Below are positions 1-10,897 of a stretch of 64,000 nt of DNA, piece after piece; positions within the stretch are counted from its first letter, which is position 1; the number at the start of each line of letters is the position of its first letter. Source of the stretch: Octopus sinensis (taxonomy: Eukaryota); NCBI RefSeq assembly GCF_006345805.1, contig NC_043000.1:38254001-38318000 (forward strand), read 5' to 3'. A program made the position numbers and the translations under genes. The notes beneath the pieces were generated by a model. That model saw nothing but the letters and a program-made list of their open reading frames with translations, did not search any database and had not been told where the DNA came from.

Positions 1-148
1 AGTCGCCGCATTAAACAGGATATTTATATTGGTCCCAGATTTTTTGCACACTAGGCATAAGAACAACATGAACGTCCAACCTGTTGTCTCTTGAGGTCTC
101 TGGGTGAGACTTGGAGCCAACTTGTACAAATATAACAAAGTCAAACAT
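1..148 (+). mobile_element. Probable 3' terminus of a non-LTR retrotransposon, followed by (TAA)n
   Basis: Non-repetitive segment ending ...CAAAGTCAAACA that runs directly into a long (TAA)n tail; no coding motif visible, so assignment rests on architecture. Confidence 0.4.
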
Positions 149-155
149 AATAATA

Positions 156-209
<54 letters not shown>

Positions 210-309
210 CAATAATAATAATAATAATAATAATGATAATAATAATATAATAATAATAATAATAATAATAAATAATAATAATAATACATACATACATACA
301 TACATACCT

Positions 310-395
310 ACATAACACACCAGCACATACCAAGACTCACAGAGTTGCGCTCGGTAGTGCAGTGAAAGCACGTGATAAAAATAAAACTACTGAAT
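310..395 (+). mobile_element. 3' UTR of the TAA-associated RLE (R4/Dong-like) LINE
   Basis: CAGCACATACC-AAG-C-CACAGAG-TGCGCTCGGTAGTG-AGTGAAAGCACG closely matches the 3' UTR of the RLE fragment at 17190-17275; followed by (TAA)n. Confidence 0.75.
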
Positions 396-478
396 ATAAT
401 AATAATAATAATAATAATAATATAATAATAATAATAAATAATAATAAGAATAATAATAATAATAATGATATAATAATA

Positions 479-528
<50 letters not shown>

Positions 529-529
529 T

Positions 530-720
530 CTTAAAATACTTTAGGAATGAGAATCCACGTTCGAAATTTCCGCAGGACACTTGATGAAGGCTGGAGATTA
601 TATCAGCCGAAACGTTGTGTTAACAACAAACAAGATGAGGACAAATATCTGTCAAATGTAAATAATGTACATTATTCCACATATCTCAAACATAGAACTT
701 AATTTCAAATATATTTCCCA
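530..720 (+). mobile_element. Hammerhead-bearing module of the tRNA-head/(TAA)n/HHR element family
   Basis: Homologous to 5065-5250 (-) and 5590-5740 (+). Confidence 0.8.
576..621 (+). ncRNA. Minimal type I hammerhead ribozyme motif (C3U variant)
   Basis: GACAC-UUGAUGA-A-GGCUG(10-nt loop)CAGCC-GAAA-CG-UU-GUGUU: 5-bp helix I, 5-bp helix II, palindromic ACGU helix III, predicted cleavage after GUU. Confidence 0.6.
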
Positions 721-894
721 AGTCATCATAGACAGAATGATCATCTGATAATTATTTTATCGTCTCGGAAAGGATTAGAGGCAGTGTCTACTTCGACAGA
801 ATTTTATCTCAAGAACCTATAGACGTACGAAATGGCGCAAAGCATTTTCCCTAAGGATTCTGCTAACTTGCTGTTTTTAACAGTTTTTTAATAT

Positions 895-1131
895 TCTCCC
901 AAAGACCCTGAAGAACCTGAACAAAGTGGATGTAGGTGTTTTCAAATCAAAACTGGACCTCTTCCTGTCGAGAGTCCCAGATGAACCTACCTCGCGGCAA
1001 GAGGTGCAAATAAGGGTAGCGACATCAAACTACCTTATTCACCAAATGCCACATATTAGAGGAGGCTCTCAATAATAACAGTGTAGCAAAACGGCGGTCC
1101 CTCAGCATGGCCACAGCTCTGAGCTGAAACT

Positions 1132-1132
<1 letters not shown>
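895..1132 (+). mobile_element. CR1/L2-like LINE 3' end
   Basis: Translates PKTLKNLNKVDVGVFKSKLDLFLSRVPDEP, a typical CR1-group ORF2 C-terminus; second copy at 8165-8385. Confidence 0.65.
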
Positions 1133-1167
<35 letters not shown>

Positions 1168-1532
1168 TATATATTCTCGTTGACAACTGATGAAGAATTA
1201 GGGACCCGCTGTGTTTTATTCGTATACGTTATTTATATGTCGTTGTTTATTTACATTTTTTTCATTTATCAGTAGCGGTACACAACACATACCAGACGTG
1301 TGTGTGTGTGTGTGTGTATGTGTGTGTTTGTGTGTGTGCGTGCGTGCATGCGTGCATAATCATGATTTTCATTTAGGCATAATGATACCAAATAACGTGG
1401 TGTTAGAACCCAGTAAAACTTGACAACTGGTGTTGGTGTGTTTCCATCCCAGTGTCTTAGCGATTCCGATGAAATCAGTCTCTCTCTATCTTTCTCTCTC
1501 TTTCTCTCTCTCCTCTCTCTCTCGCTCTGTAT

Positions 1533-1565
<33 letters not shown>

Positions 1566-2254
1566 TATATAGTATATATTCATAAGCCCTGGGATTAATT
1601 CATTTGACTAAAATTCTTCGAGCTGAAACATGGCCGCAGTCTAATGAAAGAAACGAGTAAAAAAAGAAAAGAAAATACAATGTATGACCGGAAGAACAAA
1701 CGATCGTGAGATGTGAGAAAATATAAAGTTGATAAAATATCCGATTACAGGAATATACACCTAAAGTGAGAGCTTACAATCCCGCGAAACATCAAGGTGT
1801 GTAAAACAAAAATGAAAATCAATAAGCAACGAAACAACAAAAACAAACATATACACTTACAAAAAATTAAATAAAACTCAACTTACTGCGAATCATATTT
1901 ACTTGTATACTCTATAATTCCTTAAATAATTTATTTTTTGTACAAGAATTAAGATTAGGTTTTTATCTCTTAAAACGTCCAAATTCTGTTTGTCAGGAAA
2001 ATAGTAACATCGTAAATTTAATCTGCAATTTAATCCGTACTTGAAACTTGCAGAGAAATTCTCTTCCGACAACAAGGAAAATGCTGTTTATACAATATTA
2101 ATCCGGATTTTCAATCTAATCTTTAAGAATATTTGAATAGCGTCTCTTGTGTGGTTTTTATTTTCAAATTATCTTCTCTATTCTTAGATAGACAACACGT
2201 TCAATTCCAGTTCTAAATTCTAACACTTCAAATGTGTTAAAGATATCTTTCTCG

Positions 2255-2464
2255 TTTTTATCTTTTACTTGCTTCAGTCTTAGAATGTGGCCATGCTGCA
2301 CCACCACCTTGAAGAATTTCCTTTTACTCGAATGAATCGACTTTAGTACTTATTTTTTTTAAAGTCTGGAAATTATAATATTGGTCTCTTCTACTGAACT
2401 TCTAAATTACAGGAGTGAAAACACACAAACACCGGTTATCAAATGGTTTTGGGGAGCAAACGCA

Positions 2465-2502
<38 letters not shown>

Positions 2503-2632
2503 TGTGTGGCAAGCTTCTTTCAGTTTCCGTCAACCAAATCCATTCACATGGCTTTGGTCAGGTCGGGGCTAGGGAACCCGGAGCCATGTGGTTGGGAAGC
2601 GAACTTCTTACCACGCAACCACACCTGCGCCT
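2255..2632 (-). mobile_element. tRNA-derived SINE family B with internal (CA)n
   Basis: Head GGCGCAGGTGTGGTTGCGTGGTAAG...GGGTTCCCTAGC; tail CAGCATGGCC...GACTGAAGCAAGTAAAAG; shared with many copies in the window. Confidence 0.8.
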
Positions 2633-3032
2633 ATATTTGCTAACTTTTGGTTTAAGATTCAAAATCACGAGGAAAAAACTTGAAGATCAGAAGCGAATCT
2701 GTTGCTGTAGAAATATTCACAAAAATACATTTGTTCAAAACAGAGAAGATATTAATTTAAATCTGGAACGTTTCATGCAGAGAATAATTTTGAAACAATT
2801 CGAATTCAACGAGATGGTCAGAAGGCAGTATTGTCCTCTATTAGAATTCCATTGTCACCGAAGATGCATTACAGAGATACTTATGAACTCGGAATTAATG
2901 CATGACTAGAAATTATATGACACTTACAGTGGCGGTAGGGGTATATTCAACGAAATTTCAGACATCATCATATCGGTATGTTTGGAACCTCATATTTAAA
3001 CATGCCATCCACCACACACCCACACACACATG

Positions 3033-3065
<33 letters not shown>

Positions 3066-3152
3066 TTATAGAGAGAGAGAGAGGAGAGAGAGAGTGATGG
3101 AGTTCAACACGATTTGGGTTATGTAAAAATATATATCTATACCTATATTGAT

Positions 3153-3202
<50 letters not shown>

Positions 3203-3305
3203 CCGGAGTAAACACATAAATGTGAAACAAGGTGGAAAAAAAGTACTCAAATACCAGTGGTAGAGTAATATGCTTTATTTTAAGCAGCAGAAAATTCAAC
3301 AAAAT

Positions 3306-3343
3306 CTGTTACTCTGAGTTTCTCGTTGCCGTTCATCAGACAG
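3306..3343 (-). ncRNA. Minimal type I hammerhead ribozyme motif
   Basis: Reverse complement is identical to 3469-3506. Confidence 0.7.
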
Positions 3344-3468
3344 TTTTTGCTAGAATGGAACTTATATATTAATTCAATTAAATGGAACTTATATATTAAT
3401 TCAATTAAAGGTGTAGCGTTTGTAAGAGTATAGATTGAATTAATATATAAGTTCCATTCTAGCAAAAA

Positions 3469-3506
3469 CTGTCTGATGAACGGCAACGAGAAACTCAGAG
3501 TAACAG
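3469..3506 (+). ncRNA. Minimal type I hammerhead ribozyme motif
   Basis: CUGU-CUGAUGA-a-CG(GCAA)CG-a-GAAA-CUC-a-GAG-UA-ACAG; intact core, near-palindromic helix III, GUA cleavage triplet. Confidence 0.7.
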
Positions 3507-3538
3507 ATTTTGTTGAATTTTCTGCTGCTTAAAATAAA

Positions 3539-3580
<42 letters not shown>

Positions 3581-3602
3581 CATCTCCCTCTTTCTTTGTT
3601 TT

Positions 3603-3664
<62 letters not shown>

Positions 3665-3872
3665 TATATATATATATTACTAATATATTTGGAAGATAAA
3701 GACAGGCGTATGCGTGGATATGTGGGAAGAAGTTTGGTACCGGGTTCAGTTCCAGACCGTGGCATCTTGAGCAAGTGTCTTGTAAAATAGCCTCGTGAGT
3801 GGATTTGGTAGATAGAAACTGGAAGAAATTTGTCGTATATATGTGTAAGTGTGTGTATCTCTGTGTGTGTGT

Positions 3873-4565
3873 CGAGAGCTTGCTTCTGAATTAGACGTAA
3901 CGTACACGACAATTTCAAACCACTTGAAAGAGATTGGAAGAACAAAAATATTCGAGAAATGGGTTTCCTCACGAATTGAACGACAACCAAAAAAAAAAAA
4001 AAAACGCCGTTTTGAAGTGTCGTCTTCCCTTCTTTTACGCAACAAGAACGACCTGGTCTTATCCATCACAGTTTGTTGGATCCAGGCAAAACAATTACGG
4101 CGAAGTACTGTCAGCAAATGGATGAAATGCATAAGAAACTTCGACAACAACAGTCAGCATTGGTCAATAAAAAAGGACCAATTCTTCTCCACGACAACGT
4201 TCGACCGCACATCGCACAACTGACCCTGCAGAAGTTGAACGAATTGGGCAAAGAAACTCTGCCTCATCCATCCGTCATACTCACCAGACCTCTCACCCAC
4301 CGACTATCACTTTTTCACGCATCTCGACAACTTCCTGCGTGAGAAAGGCTTCAAAAACCAAGACGATGCCAAACGCTTTCAACGACTTCATAACCACCAG
4401 AACGCAGGACTTTTATGCTACTGGCTTAAATAAACTTGCTTCGCGTTAGTAAAAGTGTGTTGGTTCTGATTGTGTTTATTTCGATTAATAAAGTTTTGTT
4501 TGAGCCGAGATATGTGCATCTGCATTTAAAGGTTAAAAACCGCAAGAACTTTCTTGACAGCCTAA
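3873..4565 (+). mobile_element. Mariner transposon remnant (internally deleted, frameshifted D,D34D-type transposase, 3' TIR)
   Basis: ELASELDVTYTTISNHLKEIG (HTH), degenerate WVPHEL, GPILLHDNVRPH, shifted YSPDLSPTDYHFF; 3' TIR AAAAACCGCAAGAACTTTCTTGACAGCCTAA followed by TA. Confidence 0.9.
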
Positions 4566-5064
4566 TATATATATATGTAACTGAAAACCAAGAGGACATT
4601 AAAAGTTCCTCGCTTCGGGTTAAATAAATTACATGAGAAATAGTTAATTATAATTTTATTCAACATATTCCCCACTCAGATTAATACACTTATTGCAGTG
4701 GTTCTTCAGTTTTTTTAAGCCCTGTAAAAGAACTGTGAAGGTTGGACGTCCAACCAGCCCTTTCCCGACACCCTTAAAGCCAGGAACTGCACAGGACTCC
4801 ATCAAGTATGTGTGTGCATGTGTGAGTGTGTGCACGTGTGTGTGTCTCGGTGTGTGTTTGTGTGTGCGTGTGTGTTTGTCCTGTCATATCGCGCAACAAA
4901 CGGTGCTGAATTCTTTAAGTCCTCGTAACTTAGCTGATCCTCAGAAGAACGATTAAATAAATAGCAAATCTACAAAAATAAGTAATAAGACTCGTTCGTC
5001 TAAACTCTTCAAGACGGTACCCCTGCATGGCCGCAGTCCAATGACTGAAACAAGTAAAAGGTAG

Positions 5065-5361
5065 CTATATATTTAGAGATGAGGAATTATATATATTATT
5101 TACATTATTTACATTATTTACATTTGACGGATATTTGTCCTCATCTTGTTTGTTGTTAACACAAAGTTTTGGCTGATATACCCTCCAGTCTTCACCAGAT
5201 GCCTTGGGGCAATTTCGAACCTGGGTTCTCATTCCTAAGGTATTTTTCAATGTTGTTTTAATCGTTATTATTGTTATTATTATGATTATTATTATTATAT
5301 AATTATTATTATTTTATTATTATTATTATTATCATTATTATTATCATTATTATTATTATTA

Positions 5362-5393
<32 letters not shown>

Positions 5394-5467
5394 TATTATT
5401 ATTATTATTATCGAATTCGGAATCATGAGGTTTGTAGACGCGCACTTATCCACTATGACATATGCCC
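5065..5467 (-). mobile_element. tRNA-like head + (TAA)n + hammerhead module element
   Basis: Minus strand reads GGGCATATGTCATAGTGGATAAG...CCGAATTCGA (A/B-box-like), (TAA)n, degenerate HHR at 5159-5203, then (AATGTAAAT)n tail. Confidence 0.7.
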
Positions 5468-5740
5468 ATGGTTAAGACTGTCGGCTACGAACCTCAAGAT
5501 TCTGAGTTCGAGTCCAATCAGTGACCTGAATAATAATAATAATAATAACAACAACAACAACAACAATAATAATAATAATAATAATAACATAAAAAAATAC
5601 CTTAGGAATGAAAACCCAGGTTCGAAATTTCTTCAAGACACCTAATGAAGGTTGTTGGGTATATCAGACGAAACGTTGTGTTAACAACAAACAAGATGAG
5701 AACAAATATCCGTCAAATGTAAATAATGTAAATAATGTAA
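5468..5740 (+). mobile_element. 5'-truncated inverted partner of the same element
   Basis: TGGTTAAG...GAGTTCGAGTCC head, (TAA)n, HHR-like GACAC-CUAAUGA...GAAACGUUGUGUU at 5637-5682, (AATGTAAAT)n tail. Confidence 0.7.
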
Positions 5741-6347
5741 GTAAAAGATAAACTATACACAGTATAAAACTAACCCAAACAAGCAACCCTTTATGAGGTT
5801 CGGAAAAGCGACCTATAACTTCAATTGAACATTGAATGTTTTTATAAAAGATAAGTATTTATGAAATGGCGGTAAAGTTACATTACACCGTTCTAATGTT
5901 CATATTTAGAATTCGGAGTAATAATTCACTGACGATATTGAGACAAACGAACTGATACTGATCTTTATGGAGATAAATGTAGTATTTAATCTCTCAGTAG
6001 AAGAAGAATGTGGAATAAATCTTGCTTATAATAAGGAGATTTACAGTATAAGATATAGAGATAAGTACTCAGCATGGAATCATTGGTTCGTAATGGATGC
6101 AGATTGTTTCTTGTGTTAAATAGACTTTAAGACATTCAAGTAGCGAATATAGATGTGTGTATACTTAAGACAAACAAACACCAACGCATCAAATAGATAT
6201 TAAGTAGGAGCAATGAATATAAATGGCTGCTGTAATTCATGGATGTCGTGAGGTTCGGGATAGAACCGCAGTATTTCCTCACTTAATTTCACTCTGCTTA
6301 AGGATATGAGTGTGTGTGTGTGTCTGTGTGTGTGTGTGTGTGAATGT

Positions 6348-6389
<42 letters not shown>

Positions 6390-6920
6390 GTGTGTGTGTG
6401 TGTGTGTAATGGTAGAGTGTTATATTCTCGAGCAATTTGTTCAAAGAAACAAAATTACAATATAGAAATCAAACACATCAGCAATGTTGCTTTACCCTTT
6501 ACGGCTGGCTCCGCGCCAAAATAATGTATTTACTTGTCAAATATGTCGATATAGATTTGGCCACTATGGGGTAGATACAAAACGGTGAAAGGAGTTTATT
6601 GTATGGCGTCAAAGCAATTTAGCAAATGTGCCAAATAGCTAGAGTTTAAAATGTAGTTTTTGAATTGCCGTCTTTAGCACGTATTTGAAAAGAGGAAGAA
6701 TGATGCGAAGGCAATGATGATAGATTTGATATATGTTCTCACGATGTGAGAATATATCTTACACAATGAATATATATTTCATGCGTAATTGCTCTCTCGC
6801 AAACGTTCAAACACGAAAACATGCTTCCTACACGAACATACACCAGCATGCCAGATACACATGCACACACTCAAACGCGTACACAAATATTCATCATTAT
6901 ACACGACTCTTTCTCTCTCT

Positions 6921-6953
<33 letters not shown>

Positions 6954-7125
6954 ATTTCTCTCTCTCCCTCTCTCTAACTATCGGAACCATTTGGCCATGT
7001 TTTCACTTCATATGTTCTCCGATGCTATTGTCCACAAATGCAAGTATTTCCTACGAAGCTATTGTTCAATAATAATAATGATAACAATGAATGCGTGCCT
7101 CCCTGCTTCTATCGGTATACGTGTA

Positions 7126-7167
<42 letters not shown>

Positions 7168-7198
7168 TATATATGCTAGCGTGTGTGTGTGTGCACGT

Positions 7199-7285
7199 TC
7201 TTCTTCTGCTTCTTCTTCTTCTTCTTCTTCTTCTTCTTCTTCTTCTTCTTCTTCTTCTTCTTCTTCTTCTTCTTCTTCTTCTTCC
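7199..7285. repeat. (TTC)n microsatellite
   Basis: Pure TTC run. Confidence 0.95.
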
Positions 7286-7669
7286 CATTATTCGAAAATA
7301 AAAGAAATGTTAATAATATACATAGGAAAAAAAGAAAAGAAAAGAAAACGACCCATGTAATTTGGCAGACCGGGGGTTCTTGGATTTCATATCGACCCCA
7401 CTACTTGACCGACCGGTACTTTATTTCACCACCAGATTATCTGGGATTTTATTTTACACATTCAAGAAGGATAAAAGACAAATTTGATCTCGGTGGGATT
7501 AAACGCTAAACAGAGAAACAGAAGAAATACTTCAATAGACTTTGACCAAACGCGCATTCACACACCAAAAACCCCCAACCCCGCACACACGTAAAGGGTG
7601 TTCAAAAAGTCTATCCGCAGAAGATATGTATTTTCAAAATATATATTTATAAGATAGTTTAAGACTATT

Positions 7670-7831
7670 GGCGCAGGATTGGCTGTGTGGTAAGTGGCTT
7701 GCTTACTAACCACATAGTTTCGGGTCCAGTCCCACTGCATGGCACCTTGGGCAAGTGTCTTCAACTATATCCTCGGGTCGACCAAAGCATTGTGAGTGGA
7801 TTTGGTAGAAGGAAACTGAAAAAAGCCTATC

Positions 7832-7880
<49 letters not shown>

Positions 7881-7923
7881 TATATATATATATATATATG
7901 TATATATATTTGTATATATATAT

Positions 7924-7976
<53 letters not shown>

Positions 7977-8090
7977 TTGTTTGTCTGTGTTTATCCCCCA
8001 ACATCGCTTGACAACAGATGCTGTTGTGTTTACATCCCCGTCACCCAGCGGTTCGGCCAGAGAGACCGAAACAAAAGACTAAAAAAAAAA
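7670..8090 (+). mobile_element. SINE family B with internal (TA)n/(TGTA)n
   Basis: GGCGCAGGATTTGGCTGTGTGGTAAG head, B-box-like GGGTCCAGTCC, conserved 3' half. Confidence 0.85.
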
Positions 8091-8164
8091 CTACAAAGGA
8101 AAGACTTTACGAGATTGATTTCCGTTTGACTGAGGAGAGATTTTTTTGAACACCATGTATATAT

Positions 8165-8385
8165 CCTTACAAAATGCTTGAGTGACCTTTTATGAAACAA
8201 AACAGGATCTTCTCCTGTTAAGGGTTCCAGATGAACCCACCTCACTGCAGGAAACACAGATGAGGACAGCGGCATCAAACTCCCTCATTGACCAAATGCC
8301 ACTTATCAGAGGAGGTTTCAAGTAATGGTGTAGTACAGCCAACGGTGGTACACTAACTTGACCACAGCTTTGAAGCTAAAACAAT
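8165..8385 (+). mobile_element. CR1/L2-like LINE 3' end
   Basis: Homologous to 895-1132 (RVPDEPTS...AASNSL). Confidence 0.6.
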
Positions 8386-8514
8386 TTAAAGATTTTTATA
8401 TATGTATTATACGTAGATATGTATGTATACATTGAAAAAATACTATCTTCGTGTGTTGATAGGTAACTACATTAACGTAAGAATATGCAAGAAAAAGAAG
8501 TAAAGAGACAATTA

Positions 8515-8915
8515 AAAGAAATGGCAGAATCTTTAGCACGCCGGGCGAAATGCGTAGCCGTATTTCGTCTGCCGTTACGTTTTGAGTTCAAATTCCGCCG
8601 AGGTCGTCGTTGCCTTTCATCCTTTCGGAGTCGATTAAATAAGTACCAGTTACGCACTTGAGTCGATATAATCGACTTAATAATCCGTTTGTCTGTCCTT
8701 TTTTGTCTTCTTGTTTGTCTGTCCGTTTGTCTGTCCCTTTTTAGAAATAGGTATTTCGTCTGCCGCTACGTTCTGAGTTCAAATTTCGCTGAGGTCGACT
8801 TTGCCTTTCATACTTTCGGGGGTCGATGAATTAAATACCATTTGCGTACTGGGGTCGATCTAATCGACTGGTTCCCTCCCCAAAAATGTCGGGCCTTGTG
8901 CCTGGAGTAGAAAAC
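8515..8915 (+). mobile_element. tRNA-derived SINE family A, dimeric form
   Basis: GGCAGAATCTTTAGCACGCCGGGCGAAATG...GAGTTCAAATTCCGCCGAGGTCG; second internal unit starts at AAATAGGTATTTCGTCTGCCG. Confidence 0.85.
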
Positions 8916-8984
8916 AATGATTAGAATCCGTTGTTCGACGCACAGTAATTATTGTTTAGAAATGCTTACAAGTATATCAGTTAG

Positions 8985-9310
8985 GTGAAGGCGATTGGTT
9001 TAGTGGTCAGGGTATTCCGCTCACGATCGCAAGGGCGTGATTTTGATTCCTCCGGCGCATTGTATTCTTGAGCAAGACACTTTACTTCACGTGTCTCCAG
9101 TCTAATCACTTGGCAGAAATCAGATATACCAGTACTTCAAAGTGCCAACCGTTTCACATTTTCTGCTGCGCTGAATCTTTCCTAAGATCTACGTTAATGG
9201 TTTGCGTGTCTGTGGACTACTCAGCCACTTGCATGTTAGTTTCATGAGCAAAACTGTTCCGTTGGTCGGATCAACTGGTACACTCATCGTCGTAAAAGAT
9301 GGAGTGCCAA
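8985..9310 (+). mobile_element. tRNA-derived SINE family C
   Basis: A/B-box-like head TGGTTTAGTGGTCAGGG...GATTCC; 3' CGTCGTAAAAGATGGAGTGCCA shared with 42549-42680. Confidence 0.7.
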
Positions 9311-9489
9311 TTCAGTTCATGTATGTCTATAGTGATTATTCTTTTGCTTTTTTACTTGTTTCAGTTATTTGACTGCGGCCATGCTGGAGCACCGCCCTCA
9401 GTCGATCAAATCGATTCCAGGACTTATTCTTTATAAGCCTAGTACTTATACTATTGCTCACTGAAAAGAAACAGCAATTTTAGCAAAAC

Positions 9490-9614
9490 ATATTAAGCAA
9501 CACTAATAATAAATGAAAAAAAAACATAAAAATGAACTAGCTTTTGAAGATTTTATAGATATTTCAAAATTATGATGCTACGATGCTTGGTGTTTCCATT
9601 ATTTTGTCCAATCC

Positions 9615-9617
<3 letters not shown>
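9490..9617 (-). mobile_element. Tc1-like terminal inverted repeat fragment
   Basis: Minus strand TA|CAGGGATTGGACAAAATAATGGAAACACC, a typical Tc1 TIR start at a TA. Confidence 0.55.
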
Positions 9618-9658
<41 letters not shown>

Positions 9659-9797
9659 CTGGAATTTATAAAAGAAAAGACGAAGACAGATGTATAAACA
9701 ACAAACAGGTGTATTATTTTAATGCCCGGGAAGGTGAGAAAGTCTTTTACGTTTCGAGCATACACTCTTCGACAGGAAGGAATATATATATGTATAC

Positions 9798-9862
<65 letters not shown>

Positions 9863-10383
9863 GCATGTATGTATATATATACAATATGAATGTATATATA
9901 TATGTGTGTGTGTATACGCATAGAAAGAGAGAAAAGGTGAGAGAGAATGAGAGATGCGTATATATTTTGTCACTAAAAATAAATGAATGTTTGAAATTCA
10001 TTTATTTTCTAGGAAACGTAACCAGGATCGAAAACTTTAAATTAAAAAGAAGGAAGACCAGTTCCAAACAAGTGAATAAATATTGAAACTGTCGATAGTT
10101 GCTGAATAATGAAGAGTATAGAAATCCCGAACAAATATACTTTTATTATTTTGTACAGAACAGCAGATAAGTAAGTGTCAGTTTGACCACTCAACAATAA
10201 AACTAAAGCTCAGTAAATTGGTGTAGGTTGTTGTTGTTGTTGTTGTCGTCGTTATCGCTGTTATTGTTATTGTTGTTGTTTATATGGTGATATTGTTTAT
10301 CCCTGCTTTAACATTGTCCGAGCAAATCCTTGACGAAAGACTTTCTAGCAAACACAATCGCGTCTATTTTCTTTTCCTGTTTT

Positions 10384-10414
<31 letters not shown>

Positions 10415-10639
10415 GCAGTCATTGTGCTACCATGTCTATATAAACTTGCATGCAGTTTGTACTAGCGTTATACACAATATGTGTGATTTTTGAGGAACAT
10501 ATAACTGTTATTTCTAGAGAGTCGAGCAACCACGCAGAGTCTCCCATCAGGAAATTTATAAAAAAAAAATGATGAGTATCAAAACAAAGACTGCTGTCGA
10601 AATTGAATAATAAGAACAATTCAAAGATCACGATAACCT

Positions 10640-10650
10640 CAATAATAATG

Positions 10651-10714
<64 letters not shown>

Positions 10715-10742
10715 TGATGATGACGATGATAATAATAATAAC

Positions 10743-10774
<32 letters not shown>

Positions 10775-10779
10775 TGATG

Positions 10780-10811
<32 letters not shown>

Positions 10812-10836
10812 GAGGATGATGATGATGATGATAATG

Positions 10837-10873
<37 letters not shown>

Positions 10874-10897
10874 TAATAATAATAATAATAATAATAA
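10640..10897. repeat. Compound (ATA)n/(ATG)n microsatellite
   Basis: Direct reading. Confidence 0.95.

Larger units (their letters stand above)
3201..3540. mobile_element. Fold-back mini-element in (TA)n with two inverted hammerheads (family F1)
   Basis: About 72-bp unique head, then near-perfect inverted arms 3273-3378 / 3434-3539; homologous copies at 31963-32168 and 61301-61530. Confidence 0.85.

Noticed and set aside
1190-1250. CTGATGAAGAAT...ATTCGTATACGTT, possible decayed hammerhead
   Set aside because: GAAA box absent and no helix I; too degenerate to call
5930-6115. Short frame ...AYNKEIYSIRYRDKYSAWNHWF, faintly FN3-like
   Set aside because: Bounded by stops, no convincing in-frame splice sites, similarity too weak
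10159-10170. Possible 12-nt microexon (TTTTGTACAG|AACAGCAGATAA|GTAAGT)
   Set aside because: Such splice-like matches arise by chance in 64 kb of AT-rich DNA; needs RNA-seq
10565-10615. TGATGAG...CGAAATTGAATAA hammerhead-like string
   Set aside because: C3 missing and no helix I partner
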